From the NCBI RefSeq assembly GCF_006345805.1, contig NC_043005.1, positions 1,674,001 to 1,738,000 on the forward strand: 64,000 nucleotides of DNA. Reading direction: 5' to 3'. This DNA comes from Octopus sinensis. Taxonomy: Eukaryota. The translations under genes were made by a program, and so were the position numbers. Numbering within the stretch: position 1 is the first letter of the stretch; the number at the start of each line of letters is the position of its first letter. Under the pieces are notes generated by a model. That model did not search any database, was not told the DNA's origin, and saw only the letters and a program-made list of their open reading frames with translations. Below are positions 13,474-27,849 of this stretch, one piece after another.

Positions 13474-16400
13474 GTAGATATACCGGCATTTACTCATCTC
13501 TTTTATCAATATAGAAATCAATGTAGAAATCAATATAGAAAAAGGCAAATGTCTTTAACCGTCTCAGATCCATCCATAACATCGAAGGTCGTCGCGAACC
13601 GAGGCCGCGGTCCGGTTTCGATTCCCGGTTAAAACCCATTTTCCTTTATTTGTGGCACTTAAAATAATTGTAAAATGTCATCCTTCTTATATGATAAGTA
13701 TGTGGCATCATTATCCCGTTGGAGCCGATCTACATAATTTATTAATTAGCGATGTTAATGAAATAAATAGGAGCACCCCCCCCCCCCCTGCGTTGTCCAT
13801 AAATAGAGATTCGGGTATAATACCCCGAATATATAATCTAGATTGCCTTGAAATTTCAGCTTTTAATGACCTCCCTTACACAAGTATTCAATGAAGGATC
13901 CTCTATAAGGTCACTAGACTTGCTAGAAATAGCAGTCAAATCTCCCTCAAATTACACTCGACCGTTTTGGAAAAGAAATGAAGAATACGTTGGTTAACAA
14001 AGCCTTAGATACACTTTTCCTGAAAACCAGATGTTTTCTTATGGAATATCTTTGACCATAAGTTTGTTCGATCAGAGCTAATTTGGTGCTAAATATTTTA
14101 ACCTCAAACATTAAGAACACTTGAGAAAGACAAGTAACATCACCCCTAACCCAAGACATCCGTGGCCTTGTACCTATTTGCAACGAATTTTTATGTTCTG
14201 AGTTCAAATCCTGCCGAAGTCTGGTTTGCTTTTTATGGTAGGAAAATGAGGGCTGATAAATGATATACAATATATATAATGTTGACTGTATTTGTGAAAT
14301 GATTTCTAATTTTGGGACAAGGCCAGCAATTTAGGGGGAGGGGGCAAGTCAGTGTTTCAACTGGTAGTTATTTTATCGCTCCCCAAAGGATGACAAGCAA
14401 TGTCGATTCTGGTGGCATTTGAACTCAGAACGTAAAGACAGATGAAATGCTGCGAAGCATTTTGTCTGGCGCGTTAACGATTCTGCCAGCTTGTCGCCTT
14501 ATATTGGTCAGCTGTATCAATTCCTTCCTTTAAATTTTGGGGGCTAATGCAGAATCGCACCCCTCCTGGGAAAGTGCATTTGTTTGAAAAATATTTTTCG
14601 TATTCCTATGTTGGAGACTACGAATATAGAAAAAAAAATCCCCACCACAATTTAAAATTTTGAACGTTTTCGAAATTTCTTTAAAATCACCTTTTCCAAA
14701 TTTAAAATGCCCACCTCAACCTCCCCTTCTCCTCAATTTTTCAAATTTCACACTAATTGGTTTTATAAAGAAATAGCCAATAATATTTGAATCAGGATAA
14801 CGATGGCTTTTATTTCTGAAAAAAAAAACCCAAAAAAACTTGAGATTTCTTAACGTCTGTTCATGTTTTAGAACCAACCAAATCTATTTTGGCAGAGAGT
14901 GAATTCTAGAAGACTGGCGTTCAAGATTGGAGCAAAGTGGTTTGGGCAGAAAGTGACCGAAAGAAATTAAACCAACAATTTTAAAATATAACGGATGGTT
15001 ATTTTGTTGACTGAGAAAGATAAAGAAATGTGTTGGTCGCAGTTTCTAGAATATTCCATCGTACAATGATAAGGTCATATCTAGAAATCTTGATAAGTCA
15101 CGTTCTCTGAAATAATGATGACACGTTTTAAGTGGGTAACTATTACCTTTGTCTTTCGTTCACTTGTTATTGCCTCATTAAAAAACAAAGCGGGTTCCTA
15201 TGGCATTTAACTCGTGAACAGAGATCACTAGAATAAAGACAGTAAAGCGTGTATTTAGTGCTAATTCCTGTTTTACGACCCATCCCAATTAACCAAAAAC
15301 ACGTTTAATCTGAATCGTGCGCACAAACGAATTTTCAGTTGAGATGTCAACGACAGGATATAAAACAAAACACATGACTGTCGACCGTCCTTAGTGAAAA
15401 AATTCACAACGGTCACTTTTACTCTTCGTCTCCCCGAAAGATATCGAATAATTAACAAATGGACTGGAGTTAATTCAATTGACAATACCTATACACCATG
15501 AAAGTTGATAAAAGATGACGATGTAGTTTTTGTAGCAATTGTGGAGCCGGAGCGGATGAGGTGAATGGATGTTATAGCTTTTGTTTTATTAACACCAATG
15601 GAATTTGGTCGCAGAGTCCCCAAGATGTTAAATTGATTCAATTTTTAAAATTCTGTTTCATATATAAAACCAAGATTTACAAACAACAAACAAAGAATGT
15701 TGTAGAACCCAAAACCTGCCTTATTCATTATAATCAACATGTTGCAGTGCTAATTAATTCTTAATTACAAGAATGATTTAAAAAAAAAGGTTTATTCAGA
15801 TTTGTCGATTTATTGGACTATATTTACCTATTTTATGAAGGCTGCTAACTTCAAAAGTTAACATGCCAATTAATGGCTTATTTAATCGTTTAATCTAGAT
15901 TATTGTCTTTTTGAATATGACAACAATAATTAACTAGTAATTTAGAATAGAATCTGAACAAATTTACGGGACAACGTTCACAGCTCCAAGTAAAAATACA
16001 AGGGAAGTAACTATGGAGGGTAGCATTTATTTTAAGAATTCGGTCGAGTTCCACGAACCATTTCTAGAATGACTTTTTTTTTAATAAGCACTTAAAACCT
16101 AAACAGAATGAATTTTGTAGCATTAAACAAATTGAAAAAAACCCAACCAACCAAACAAAAGAACTTTCTGTCTTAAGACCCTATTTGTGGTTTTAGGGTA
16201 TCAGATAACCAAGTGAATGATGTGAAGTTGTATATGATCTCCATAGCTCTGTTTTACCCATGTCAAGACTCCTTCAATCGTCTGCTGCCATATTGTATAA
16301 CTCACCTCTGTCGGGAACAGAAGTTCTGTGAAGTTGACCAAAAACTGGTCAGTTTGTGGTGCAATGGTTATTCATGTTGTTGGTATCTTCATTGTCTGGG

Positions 16401-17189
16401 AAACCTGTTTGTTAATTAGCAATAATTAAGAGTCAGGACGTCATTGATATGATTAACTTTTATAAAGAAAGATGAAGAATAAAAAAAGCAAAAACATCGC
16501 AAATGTATGTTGTTGAGACTATTTTTCAATTTTGTTGTATAGTAAGTATTACAATCCATTAGGGCCACCACTAAAGACGTGTACGAGATGCACTGGTAAG
16601 GCCTTGCGGTAAGGAAGATTCCATGGATATTTGACTGCAGGACAGGGAGAATAAAAGGAAGAGAGTAAAGCGTGTATGTGCTACGAATTGTATTTGTCTC
16701 TCGTCTCCACTGAGCAAAATACGTGAGGTGAAGCTAACGAACGTGTATGGTATACTCTAACACATGCTAGCATTGAAAAACAGACGTAAAAGTAAATGAA
16801 GGAATGGTCGATTAGTTCTGTTCATTTAGGAGAGGAAGAAAATTGTGATGTTCTTTTATTCTTATCTAAAGTGTGTGTGTGTGTGTGATGATCATGTAAT
16901 TCCTTGTGTATGTGTGAAGCCTGAAAGGTTTTGAGATGTAAATTTATGATACGAAATAGACATAATTCTTGTATATTCTGTATATTTATAAAATGAAACT
17001 GTAACTCCTAATATAGTTATAACTTTATGCAGTTCTATTCATAATTTTTAGTGGAAGCCCATCGTGTGACAGATGTCAGGTTGCTCAGAATTTCTTTGTT
17101 GTGTGAAATATGAATCTGTTTAGACTATTTCAGATTCTATTTTACTCCACAGTATCTTCACAAAACTATCCTCTGCCACTGGAGACGTA

Positions 17190-18398
17190 TTGGCTTGGTC
17201 CAAAAGTCCATTCGGGTGTTTAAGCGAAAATAAGACAAGGGATTTCTTCAGTCAATGATATAATTACCATTTAGTTCCAGTATCTTCTACCATCTTGTGG
17301 CCAAATCCATTATTCCCTGCGCAAAGTGTTTCCTGTTTTTACTGGCGAAAACACTTCCAGGCGAATTTTCATATCTTCTTCCGAGTTGAAGATTTGTGCA
17401 TTCAATGAACTGTGAAGAGATTGAAACAGTTGAAAACCTGAAGTCGTAGGGTGAAGCCAATATGAAAGACCCAGTAACTTCTGCTGCGCCGGCAAAGAAG
17501 GGTGCGTCCGGCATTATCGGGATGAAAGACAATGCTCTAATGATTAGTATGTACTGGACGCTCCCGATGGATCGCTGCGTTTAATTAGTCCAATTGTTCA
17601 CAATACGGATCCGAATTTGTGGTCGTGTCTGTGGGAAGAAGCTCGTAGAAGACAACATCCTTCCAATCCCCATCGAATTGAAAGCATAATCTTCTTCGGA
17701 TAAACTCCTGCTTTGGAGAGGTCTCCCATGATTGTTTGTGCTTCACATTGTTGTAGACAAAGTATTTTCGTCCCCTGTTACCATTCTCTTCAAAAAGGAT
17801 CGTTTTCATTACGTTTCTGCAGCGAATCACAGATGGAAATCCTTTGGGCAAGTTTAGCTTCATTCAATTGATGTGGGACCCAAACATCGAGTCTGCTGAC
17901 GTAACCAAGCTGATGCAGATGGTTTTCTACATTAGATTTGGGTATTTTGAGAATATCTGCTATCACCCTGGCCCCATAATGGGAATTTGTGTCAACTGAC
18001 TCCTTCATTTTGTTGCTGTTAATCTGTTGACCAGCCAGAGCGAGGTGCATCTTGAGCCAAAAAAATTTCCCAATCGAAATATTGAAGACCATTTCTAACA
18101 CATATTCCGTAACAGCATCCTATCAGTACACAGTGCAGGTCTTCCTGCTGGTTTTCACCGCATTCTTGCCTTTGTTTTTGAAAAATAGAAAAAAGCACGA
18201 GACGTCGATTAAGTTTGCTTTGGTTCTTCATTTCCGGAGTAATCTTTATCATACAAAATACAGTCTCGTTGCAAGTTTGCATCGAACTACTTTCAAGTGT
18301 TGAGTACCTAATGAGTGTGACAGACTGCAGTTAGCTACTTATTAGGGTGCTTGAAGTTTAGTGAAGACGAAAACCAAACGGACTCTTGACCAATCCAA
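17190..18398 (-). mobile_element. mariner transposon (cecropia/Hsmar1-like TIR), decayed
   Basis: TA-flanked TIRs ttggcttggtccaaaagtcc and ggactcttgaccaatccaa; YVSRLDVWVPHQL, VFYELLPTDTTTNSDPYCEQLD and FQLFQSLHSSLN fragments. Confidence 0.9.
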
Positions 18399-19322
18399 TA
18401 TTTTCCCAACTACCTCCTCCTCGTCTTTCTCCTCTTCCTTCTCCTTCTCCTCTTTCTCCTCTTCCTCCTCCTTCTCCTCCTCGTCTTTCTCCTCTTCCTC
18501 CTCCTCCCATTGCACCTGCCTCTCCTTCCATGCTGTTTATAGTGCAACAGTGACTGGAATGTTCTCAGTTTCTCTTGTTTTATCCTGTACCCCATCAATG
18601 ATTTACTTCTGCTTTTTGTGACTGTTTTCTAAAACCAATCTACCTTTTGAAAATGATAGATCTATACATATAATAATCTAGGCCAGATGCCGTCCATCTA
18701 ATGTATTAGGTCTTATACATTGGCATCAGATATAATAGAAAGTGTGGTGAGAATCGTGAAACCTCCACCAACAAACCACGTCGGATATATCTATCAACCT
18801 ATACAATATATTTATCAATTATTATTTTATCGTTAGCGATTGCAAGAGAATCACGTAAAGCTTTAAATTTCCTTAACATTTCTATGGATTCCTCTCTAAT
18901 TTGGGGAGGAATTACAACCGTGTTTCGTGGTCTGCTACCACAACAGCTCCTTTACAGGATCCAGTTAGCTCAAGACATCATCAGGAGGAACCACGTCCGG
19001 TCTCGGCCCTTACTCCTCTACCGTTTTGACGTGGCGGGTCCCCCTTCCTTTCGGAGGTGTCTTCAGCTCTGATGTTGGGAGCATGTCTTCTTTCTTCTGT
19101 TCCCTGGCCTCTTCGATGTATCGTTAGCGAGTGTCAGCCGGTGACTGACTGTCTTGTCAAATTTTCTCCTTAAATACCTGCCGCTAGGCTCCAGCAGGCA
19201 GTCCTAGCAAGTTGTCACGTGACACTGTCTCACCTTAACTGACTAGTGAAGGCGCGTAGTTTTAGCCCGCGCTTTTTCTAAACGACTGTCACCTGTCAGT
19301 CAGCTTGTCTCACCTAATGATG

Positions 19323-20451
19323 TTATTTCCCGTCGGCGTGTTTATGACTTTCAAGCCATTTTCGGTCTTCCTGCTTCAGCCATATATAGAAGCTGGCTTT
19401 TACGACCGCCTCCTGTACTCTCCTTATTAGTTTACGCAACTCGGGGCTAGAAAAAACAAATCTTCTTTTGAAAAGCGTTGTCATTTTTTTTTCAATGAAG
19501 CCTCTAGCCCCCACTGCCAGGTGATAATATTTGATATTCCATCCCTGTTCTCTGCATTCTTCGATTAGCTTTTCATATTTCTTCTTTCGTTCCTCTGCAT
19601 TGCCGATGTTCTCTTCCCAAGGTACTGTTAGTTCTAGTAAAATTCCTATTCTCCGGTCTCTGTCCCATAGGACTAAATCCGGTCTTTTTGTTGTTTTTAT
19701 TAGTGGAAATATTACTTGTCTTTCCAAGTCCGTGGCCACCTCCCAGTTTCCCTTCCATCTTTCGTCTATCTCGTATACTTTACTTGTAGGCCTGGTTTTA
19801 TAACCTTTTCCCGCCTTGTGGAAGTATACTTTCCTGCGCTTTTCTACTTTTGGGTATTCTCCCCTATTGTACCTCCCGATCTTCTTGAGTGCTGTGCTTA
19901 ATGACGCCGAGGACTTGATTATGCTGCCATGTATATCTTTCTAGTGCTAGTCTGCAATTTGACAGAACATGTCTGACCGTCGCTTTCTCTACGCATCTAC
20001 ACTCATCGGTTGTTTTTATGTTCCATCGGACTAAGTTCGCTGGTGAGGGTAGAACGTCGAAGGTAGACTTGAACAGGAAGGATGTTCTTGCTTGTTCCCA
20101 AGCCCAAAGTTCCTTCCATGATATTCTGCGGCTGATCACATATTCCTCCCATCTCAGGCACTGTCCCTTTTGACTACATTGCGCCAAATGTACATTTTGC
20201 CTTTCTTCTTCCTCCTTTCTCACTTTGTATACCACTGCCTCTTTCATCTCTTTTACACTGCTCTTGCAAAATGGCCTGAAATTGTGCGACCCTAGGCCGG
20301 CTCTTGCTTCTTGTGTCGCTCCGACTATATCTGCGTGCCTTAGTTTTCCGATAGCCCTGTTTACTGCCTCTTCCGCCTTCCCTTTCCTCCCTGTTCGTAC
20401 CTTTGGAGGGTTTTCCCGGATGCTCTGATCTTTTGAATACCTTAACATCAT
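19323..20451 (-). mobile_element. 5'-truncated R2-group (HERO-like) non-LTR retrotransposon: RT C-terminus, CCHC knuckle, restriction-like endonuclease
   Basis: LPSPANLVRW...CRCVEKATVRHVLSNC (zinc knuckle) and RPDLVLW...LLELTVPWEENIGNAEERKKKY (RLE PD..E..K motif), split by frameshifts. Confidence 0.88.
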
Positions 20452-21759
20452 TACTGTCCTTGCCTATAATTTTTATTATACAGTTCAGGGAAATTATCTC
20501 CCTTAGACCATTATCAACAGGGGAGATAACTATTGCCATCATGATTTGACTGTGTCAAGGGAACCAGAATTATGTGTGTGTGTGTTTGTCTATACTTTTA
20601 TTACTGCCAGTGCTTGTGCTGTGACCATGCTGGAGCATCACTATACGATTTGTTGTGTTTCTACAGAACTGGACTTTTAGTGAATGCATGAATTTGATAT
20701 TAGTGTCCTTAGTTGAATTTCTCAATGTGTGGACGTAGTTTCGTAAGGATGAGACACATTCAGAACCTGAGCCAGAAAGACTGCAACAGCCTTTGTTACT
20801 TTCCAGGCATCCTCCTCCACAGTCTGCCCGAGTTGCATGTTCTTCCTAACCATTTTACATTGTGGGTCGGTGCTTTCTATGTTTCACCAGCTCAAGTGAA
20901 GTTGCTCTGCAACTTGGGAGACCAAGGTTCCCTATAACTGAGAGGGGCTGAAGGGTTTTAGTCACATGACTTGATCCCTGTACTTGTTCTTTTTTTAAAG
21001 CTTGGTGTTTATTCTAGCAGTCACTTTTGCCGAACTGGTTAGTTATGGGGATGTAAACACCAACACTGGTTGTCAAGCAGTGGTGAGGGACTAACTCAAA
21101 GACCTCCCACCCCCATATACATATGTGTGTGTGTGTGATGGACTTTGCTTCTACCAAATCCACTGACAAGGTTTTGGTCAGCCTGAGGCTGTAGTGGAAA
21201 ACAGTTACCTAAGGTGTCATGCAGTGGGACTGAACCTGGAACCATGTAGTTGGGAAGAAATCTTCTTACCACACAGCCATGCCTGCACCTATACACCTAT
21301 ATATACACACACAGCAAGGAACATGGATGTTAGATGATGATGATGATGATGATGACAGTACTTCCAGGACTTAGATCCCTCAAGATCTACATATTGCCAT
21401 TCATCCCTATTCCTTGACATCCCTTCATGAGATCAGTATTTACCACTTCACCCCATGTTTTCATCATTCTTCTCCCTCTTCTATAAGCTCTGTCCACATT
21501 GAAGAAGGGGCATCTCATCATACAGATGTCCTAATGCCTCATTGTCATCTTCATCATCATCATCATCTATGTTCCATGCTGGCATGAGCTGAGCAGTTTG
21601 ACAGGATCTGATGGGTTCAAGGACTACATTGGGCTTCAGTGTCACCTTTGGCATGGTTGCTATGCCTACATGCCCCTCATAATACCAACCACTCTACAGC
21701 GTGTACTGGCTGCTTTTTTTATGTGACACCAGCAGTGAAGTCACCCTGCAGCTTGCAAG

Positions 21760-22660
21760 AACTACAAGCCTCTAAGGTGGGGAGTGGGGATGAGGCTTTA
21801 TGCTGGGAGGTGAAGGATTACAGTTTAAGAGAATTGGTGTAGAGGAACCATGTGGCTACTCACGTTTAGAAGAGTGAGTGAGAAGGATTAGGAGGAGCTG
21901 CAAAGTGTAAGTGCCACCTTTAAGGTATGGGATGAGCACAAGTGAATGGGGCTCAGTGGAAATAGAAGTGTAGATAGCTGGGCACTGGTATAAGAGGCAG
22001 ACGTTTTACAGGAAAGCACTAATATATTGAGAAGTTCAGTGATGCATCTCAGGATGATAGTAGCAGGAGCCAGCAACGTGAAGTCCAGGAGTTTCACACA
22101 CTTTCAGTTCTAACATCAGATCCAAAGTGGCTGACAACACTCTCATATTCTAGTCTGTCAATTCCAGTTGATGCATTGAAATCTCCCATGACCAACGACG
22201 TGTTCCTGTTGGGGATACTCTCCATTACAACTGAGTGTAGGAGTCTCCCTCATGGCAGTCATAACTTATTCTGCAACTGAGAAAATGACACCCAGAGAAT
22301 GTTGAGTCCTCAACCACGAAATACACTCATTGACAGGTTTTTAATTTAACATTGTTGGAACCAGCCTGTTGGTCACTGCATTTACTATGGCCACTGGCAA
22401 TGCCAGCCATCAGAGTGCCAACACCAGTGGTATGTGTAACCACCAGTTGAGATTTGTCCATCCCTGGCCAACACACCTCTGATAGGGCCACCATAGCAAC
22501 TTGCAAACAGATGAATTCAGAAGACATCAGGGACAGTGATTCTTCAAAGAGAAAACATTCCAGGTTCCCGCCTGATCAGACCTCCTCATGTTGAAACAAG
22601 ATGCTCAACTCCTGATGGATGACACCTTTGCACCACTCAGACACCTGCTAACGACTGGAC
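21760..22660 (-). mobile_element. RTE-like LINE 5' fragment (APE endonuclease), decayed
   Basis: VALSEVCWPG; LVMGDFNASTG; VKLLDF. Confidence 0.7.
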
Positions 22661-22911
22661 TACTTTGACATTTTCCAGCCAGAAGTTATTGCCTCTATCT
22701 CAATATTTGCATTTACACACACATATATGCAATATACACAGTCACAGATATAGTTACATGCATACAGGCACACACACAACACATATATTCACACACACAC
22801 ACACACACACATGCACACATCTATGGATAATTTTATTGAAACCGAAAAGCACTTCTGAAACTGTTACTTAAATTAGACAGTTGTGTACACGTGCGCACAC
22901 ACACACACACA

Positions 22912-24104
22912 CAAGGGTTGACTGAAAAGGTCATAGGCTGACCAAGATGCTCTCATGGAATGTAACCAAATGTGGTTTGCACACTTCTTCCATCGGTTTT
23001 GCAGTGCTTGGATCCCTTTGTGAAGAAACTTTAATCCCTGTTGGTCAAAAACGTCATCAACAACAGACATGACATCATCATCATCATCACAGGCAAGTGT
23101 TTTTTTTTATCTTGAGGAACAGATGATAATCAGATGGGGGTCAAATCAGGAGAATAAGAAGGGTGGTCAACCAGTTCAAATCCACAGTCACATACAGCAG
23201 CCTTTGAAACCAAGGACTTGTGTGATGAACCATTGTCCTAATGAAAGCTTTTTCATAACTGCCCAGCAAGCTCTCATACTACTCTCCATTGATAGTGCGG
23301 CCCTTTTGAAGATCGCCAATAAACACAGTGTCTTTTGCATTGCAAAAAAACTGAGGCCATCACCTTCTGTGCAGCTGAAACATTTTTGGCCTTCTTTGGG
23401 TGTTTCCACTGTGTGCACTGTCTCTTTGTCTCTGACTCAAAGTAATTAACCCAACACTCATTCTGGGTTAGGAAATATTCAAGGAAAGCAGCTGGATCTT
23501 CCTCAACCAATGTCAGATTTTGTTGTGATGTGATCAACCAGGTGCAACTCTGATCAGGTGTCAAAACACGTGGCACCCACTGAGCAGAAACCTTCACCAT
23601 GTCAAGTTCATTGTGCAGAATGCTCTCTTAATGGGATGTGCTAATAACATTGGCCATTTGATTTATAGTCAATCACCTGTCATCCATTAGCAGGTGGTGG
23701 ATCAATGTTTTTTTCCTCAGTGGTGGCAGTTGCAGGATGTCTAGACCTTGCGCCATCTTCAAGACTCTCCCTTCGCCTCCTAAATTCCATTGCCCACTTT
23801 TGTACTGTTGATGAAGTGTCAGCCCCTAATGTAGCCACTGTATCAGCATGAATGTCCTTGGGGGTTGTTAAACCCTTTTTTTCTGCAGGTACTTGATAAC
23901 ACCATGGTGGTAAATTCTGTTGATTTTTGAATGAAGTCTGTACTAGTTACTTTTAAAATGCTCTTTGAACAATCAGATGTCAGTTTACCTGGAAAGAAAC
24001 AACACAGTTATTAATAAGAAGAGTTCAACTCAATACCTGCAAGATTTCACAGCTCTAGCTTCAATCCTTCATAGTCAGCCTATGAACTTTTCAGCCTAAC
24101 CTTG
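22912..24104 (-). mobile_element. mariner transposon (irritans-like), decayed
   Basis: TIRs caagggttgactgaaaaggtcataggctgac and gtcagcctatgaacttttcagcctaaccttg; VIKYLQKKGL, VSAQWVPRVLT, LTQNECWV and HPSYSPDLTPSDYHLF motifs. Confidence 0.9.
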
Positions 24105-26249
24105 AGAGAGAGAAAGAGAGAGAGAGGTGTGTGTGTATGAATGCTTGTATGAAACTTATACAAATATGAAAGAAAGGAATAATTGCAATTATACAGATGC
24201 GTTTCTATGGAAGGTCCTGTAGATGTATGCTTACATGTAGTGATGTTGTATAATGATGGGTGTGCACACCTGCAAGAAAATCTGCATTCACGCATACATG
24301 AACAGAGTCTACATGTGTCTGTGATTTACATTTAAATGAAGAAACACAAATATGGGAATATGGGAATATAAATACATAACCAATGTAGAAGATGAGTGAG
24401 AATGCATAAGGAGGATATGTAAGTTTATTGGTTTGAAGTTTTGGCACAAGATCTGAAAGTCATTAGCCCTCCCCTCAGTGTATGACTGGTACTTATTTCA
24501 ATGACCCTGAAAGGACGAAAGGCAAAGTGAACCTCAGTGGAATTTGAATGCAGAACTTAAGGGCAGACAAAGTGCCACTTAGCATTTTGCCTGGCATGCT
24601 CCCAATTCTGCCAGCTTATAACATGTGGCCAGGATAACATGTAAATATATAGCAAACTAGTTCCTGTTTTTTTTTTTATATCTAAGATAAAACGAGTGAA
24701 TATGGTTGCAGACTATCCATAGGTTTTTGTCAAATATTGAATGAGAAAGGATAAAATATGAATTAATATAAGGAAGAGGCATGAAATGAGGAATATCGAT
24801 CTGGTCAGGATTGGTTAGAAGAGAACTTATCAATAATACAAAGTGCTGTGTGTCTGTGATGATATTTGTTAGGTGAGGAGGTTGCTGGTGGATTGGCAAC
24901 TGGCCCCTTGGTAGTGAATAGCAGACTAAAAAAGACAGGAAGACACAAAGACAAATGGGAGATGAATGGCAAGACAGAAACACTGAAAGAAAAGAAAACG
25001 TTTGGGTGAGTGGAACGGCATTTGTTGAGGTGTTTGAAGAGTAAATGTTATTATTATCTAGTTGTGAGTGTTTGTTGGGGGTTCTTTTTAGCATGACACA
25101 TTTGTTCTGGTTTCATGTGAAATTTCTGCGGCCCTAATCAAAACCATTAATTGGAGAAGTTAATCATAAGAACCTTTAAATCAATGATTTTTTTGTTTTT
25201 TATAATTTGAGCCAACCTGAAACATCCATTCTCTACACACTGTGACAATCTTTTGGAAAGATCTGTGCTTTTAGTTTCTGCCCAGATCAATTCTCTAAGC
25301 AAAACTAATCCTAAATTCTCAGTATGCAGTTCTGACCTCGAATTCTTAGTATGCAGGATAAAGATATAGAATAAAGAAATTGTTCTCAACAATGTAAGTT
25401 AAATATATTTCATATGTTCCAGAGAGGAAGACAATATTCTCAAAAATGTCATTTACAGGCAGAGAAAGATATCAGAAAACGACAAAGGAAACCATTGCTG
25501 GAGAAAATATAAATGTCAGTTCTAAAATTTCCTGCAGATTTTGGAAAGAAATAGCTTTGCTATATTCCAAAAGAGTGGCTTCGTTTGAAGGAAATAAAAA
25601 TCCTATATTGCCCCCCCCCCCTACTCTCTCAGCAAGATAAAAACAAAAGAACAATTGTACATTGTCTGCTTCCATTGGTAAATCTGTAAATATGATGGGT
25701 TTTTTTTTTTTCCCACAAATACTTTTTGGGATCCACAACATAGAAATATCCAACTGAGTCTGTTGATTTCTTCAGCAAAGAGGCCGTTACTCATTAAATC
25801 CACAGGAAAAAAAAAACAACCACTATATCTTCCGTAGACAAAATGAAATCAGCCGCAGTTTTCTGTTCTCGTTAAATTCACCAAAAGTTCTTATTTATAA
25901 AAGTGGAAATTGTGTTGATACATCAGTGGAGTCAGGGATAATGATCACATTCCAAGAATAAAGTAGCTGTTCAGTGACATTGATGGAGGTTTCTCATCAG
26001 ACAGAAACACTGAGGTTTGTTGACATTCCTTGTCAACGAATTGTCAAATAGCTGCATTAATGGAGTGGAATGAAAAGCCCCTTAATTAAAAGGTAGGTAA
26101 GGGCTAGTGATTGGAAGAACACCAATTATATGTATTCATCTAACTCATGCTGGCATAAAAAAATAGGTGTAAGAAGAAGAACAAATGAACACACACACAT
26201 GCACACACCTATCTTGGACAAACAACAATGGCAAAAAGATGGAAGTGAG

Positions 26250-27685
26250 AATAACCTGTTCTCGGGGTATTTTGGGTGTAGATCATGAATTTAACATCCG
26301 TTTCGTCCTGTGACTCTTCAGTGTCTTGTAAATGACCATCTTACTTATGTTAAGTACACTGACAGTTCTGTAGGAATTGAGTGCAAACACGATTGGGTGG
26401 AAACTGTAAAAGTTATGAAAGGATTTTGATATAATTTTAATGGGGTGTCCCGAAGGTATTTGTCAACCTAACCTATGGAAATTATAAAAGTACACTCAGT
26501 ATTATTATAGTTATATGGGTCTAAATCTGTGGTAAATCTGACAAGAAACCAGACCTAATCACCCAACCTGAACTCAATGATCTAATTCGTGATCTAACAC
26601 TTACTAAGCAACAAAGTAAAGTCCTGGCCTCACGTCTGCAAGAATGGAACCTGTTGGATAACGATGCTCGAATTACAGTATTTAGGAAGCGTCCTGCAGA
26701 TCTATCTACAGCAATCCTTTACTTTGGAAAACAACAAGATTTTATTGTAATAATCTTAGAGACCCATTCAATGCCCTTGAGCTGACCTATGAACCAAATG
26801 AGTGGACGTTATTCACAGATGCATCCCTTTACAGTATAAAAGCGATTCTGTTGCACATTGGGAACACCATGCCTTCAGTTCCAATTGCTCACTCAGTCAT
26901 TTGAAGAGAGACATATGAGAAGCTCGCTTTTATTCTAGAACACATAAGTTACAAGGAGAATGAGTGGATAATTTGTGTGGATTTGAAAGTAGCAGCCCTA
27001 ATTAATGGACTACAAATTGGATACACCAAGTTTATGTGCTTTGTTTGCGAGTGGGACAGTAGGGCCAGGTGAGAAGCTTATGTACGCTCAGAATGGTCAC
27101 CTCAGGAAACTATGTTGCCTGGATGCCATAATGTAAATCACGAGCCACTAATTAAGAACGAGAAAATCATTTTGCCACCACTGCATATAAAATTAGGCCT
27201 AATGAAGCAATTTACCAAAGTGCTGCAACATAACAAGCTATGTTTCCAGTACGTCAAGACGGTCTTCCCTAAAATATGTGATGCCAAGATTAAAGAGGGC
27301 ATATTTGTAGGCCCCCAAATTCATTCACTTATGGCTGGTGAGGACTTTGGGGTGACAATGGATGAAACTGAGCTTGTGGCCTGCCATGCATTCAAAGATA
27401 TATGCAAAGGACTTCTGGGAAAACACCAAGTGGCCCAGTGAAGGAGTACAGTGGAGGACCTAATCAAGTGCTCCCAAGATCTTGGATGCAATATGTGACT
27501 GAAGATACACTTTCTTCATTCTCATCTGTCCTTCTTCCCAGAGAATGCAGGAGATGTGAGTGATGAACATGGAGAGAGGTTCCATGAAGATATAGCGTTA
27601 ATGGAAAACAGGTACAAGGGAAAATGGGGCCCAGCTATGCTGGCTGACTTCTGCTGGTACCTGAAGCATGACACACCTGAGACGT
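26250..27685 (+). mobile_element. DNA transposon remnant, probably Chapaev3 (CMC) transposase
   Basis: LITQPELNDLIRDL...LASRLQEWNLL; ILPPLHIKLGLMKQF; KIKEGIFVGPQI; SDEHGERFHEDI..ME.RY.GKW. The N-terminus is deleted and the 3' end is cut by a SINE. Family name is from motif recall. Confidence 0.72.
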
Positions 27686-27849
27686 CTTATAAATCATCAT
27701 CATTCTCATCATCATCATTGTTTAACATCTGCTTTCCATGCTGGCATGGGTTGGATCATTTGACTGAGGACTGGCGAGCCAGATGGCTGCACCAGGCTCC
27801 AATCTGATCTGGCAGAGTTTCTACTGCTGGATGCCCTTCCTAATGCCAA

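Noticed and set aside
13585-13632. ggtttcgattcccggt as a tRNA gene
   Set aside because: Only a T-arm-like fragment; no acceptor stem, D arm or A box.
24657-25803. Minus-strand ORFs as a possible retroelement or host gene (similarly 9720-10300 and 57060-57620)
   Set aside because: No diagnostic motif could be read with confidence; probably decayed repeats, left unassigned.
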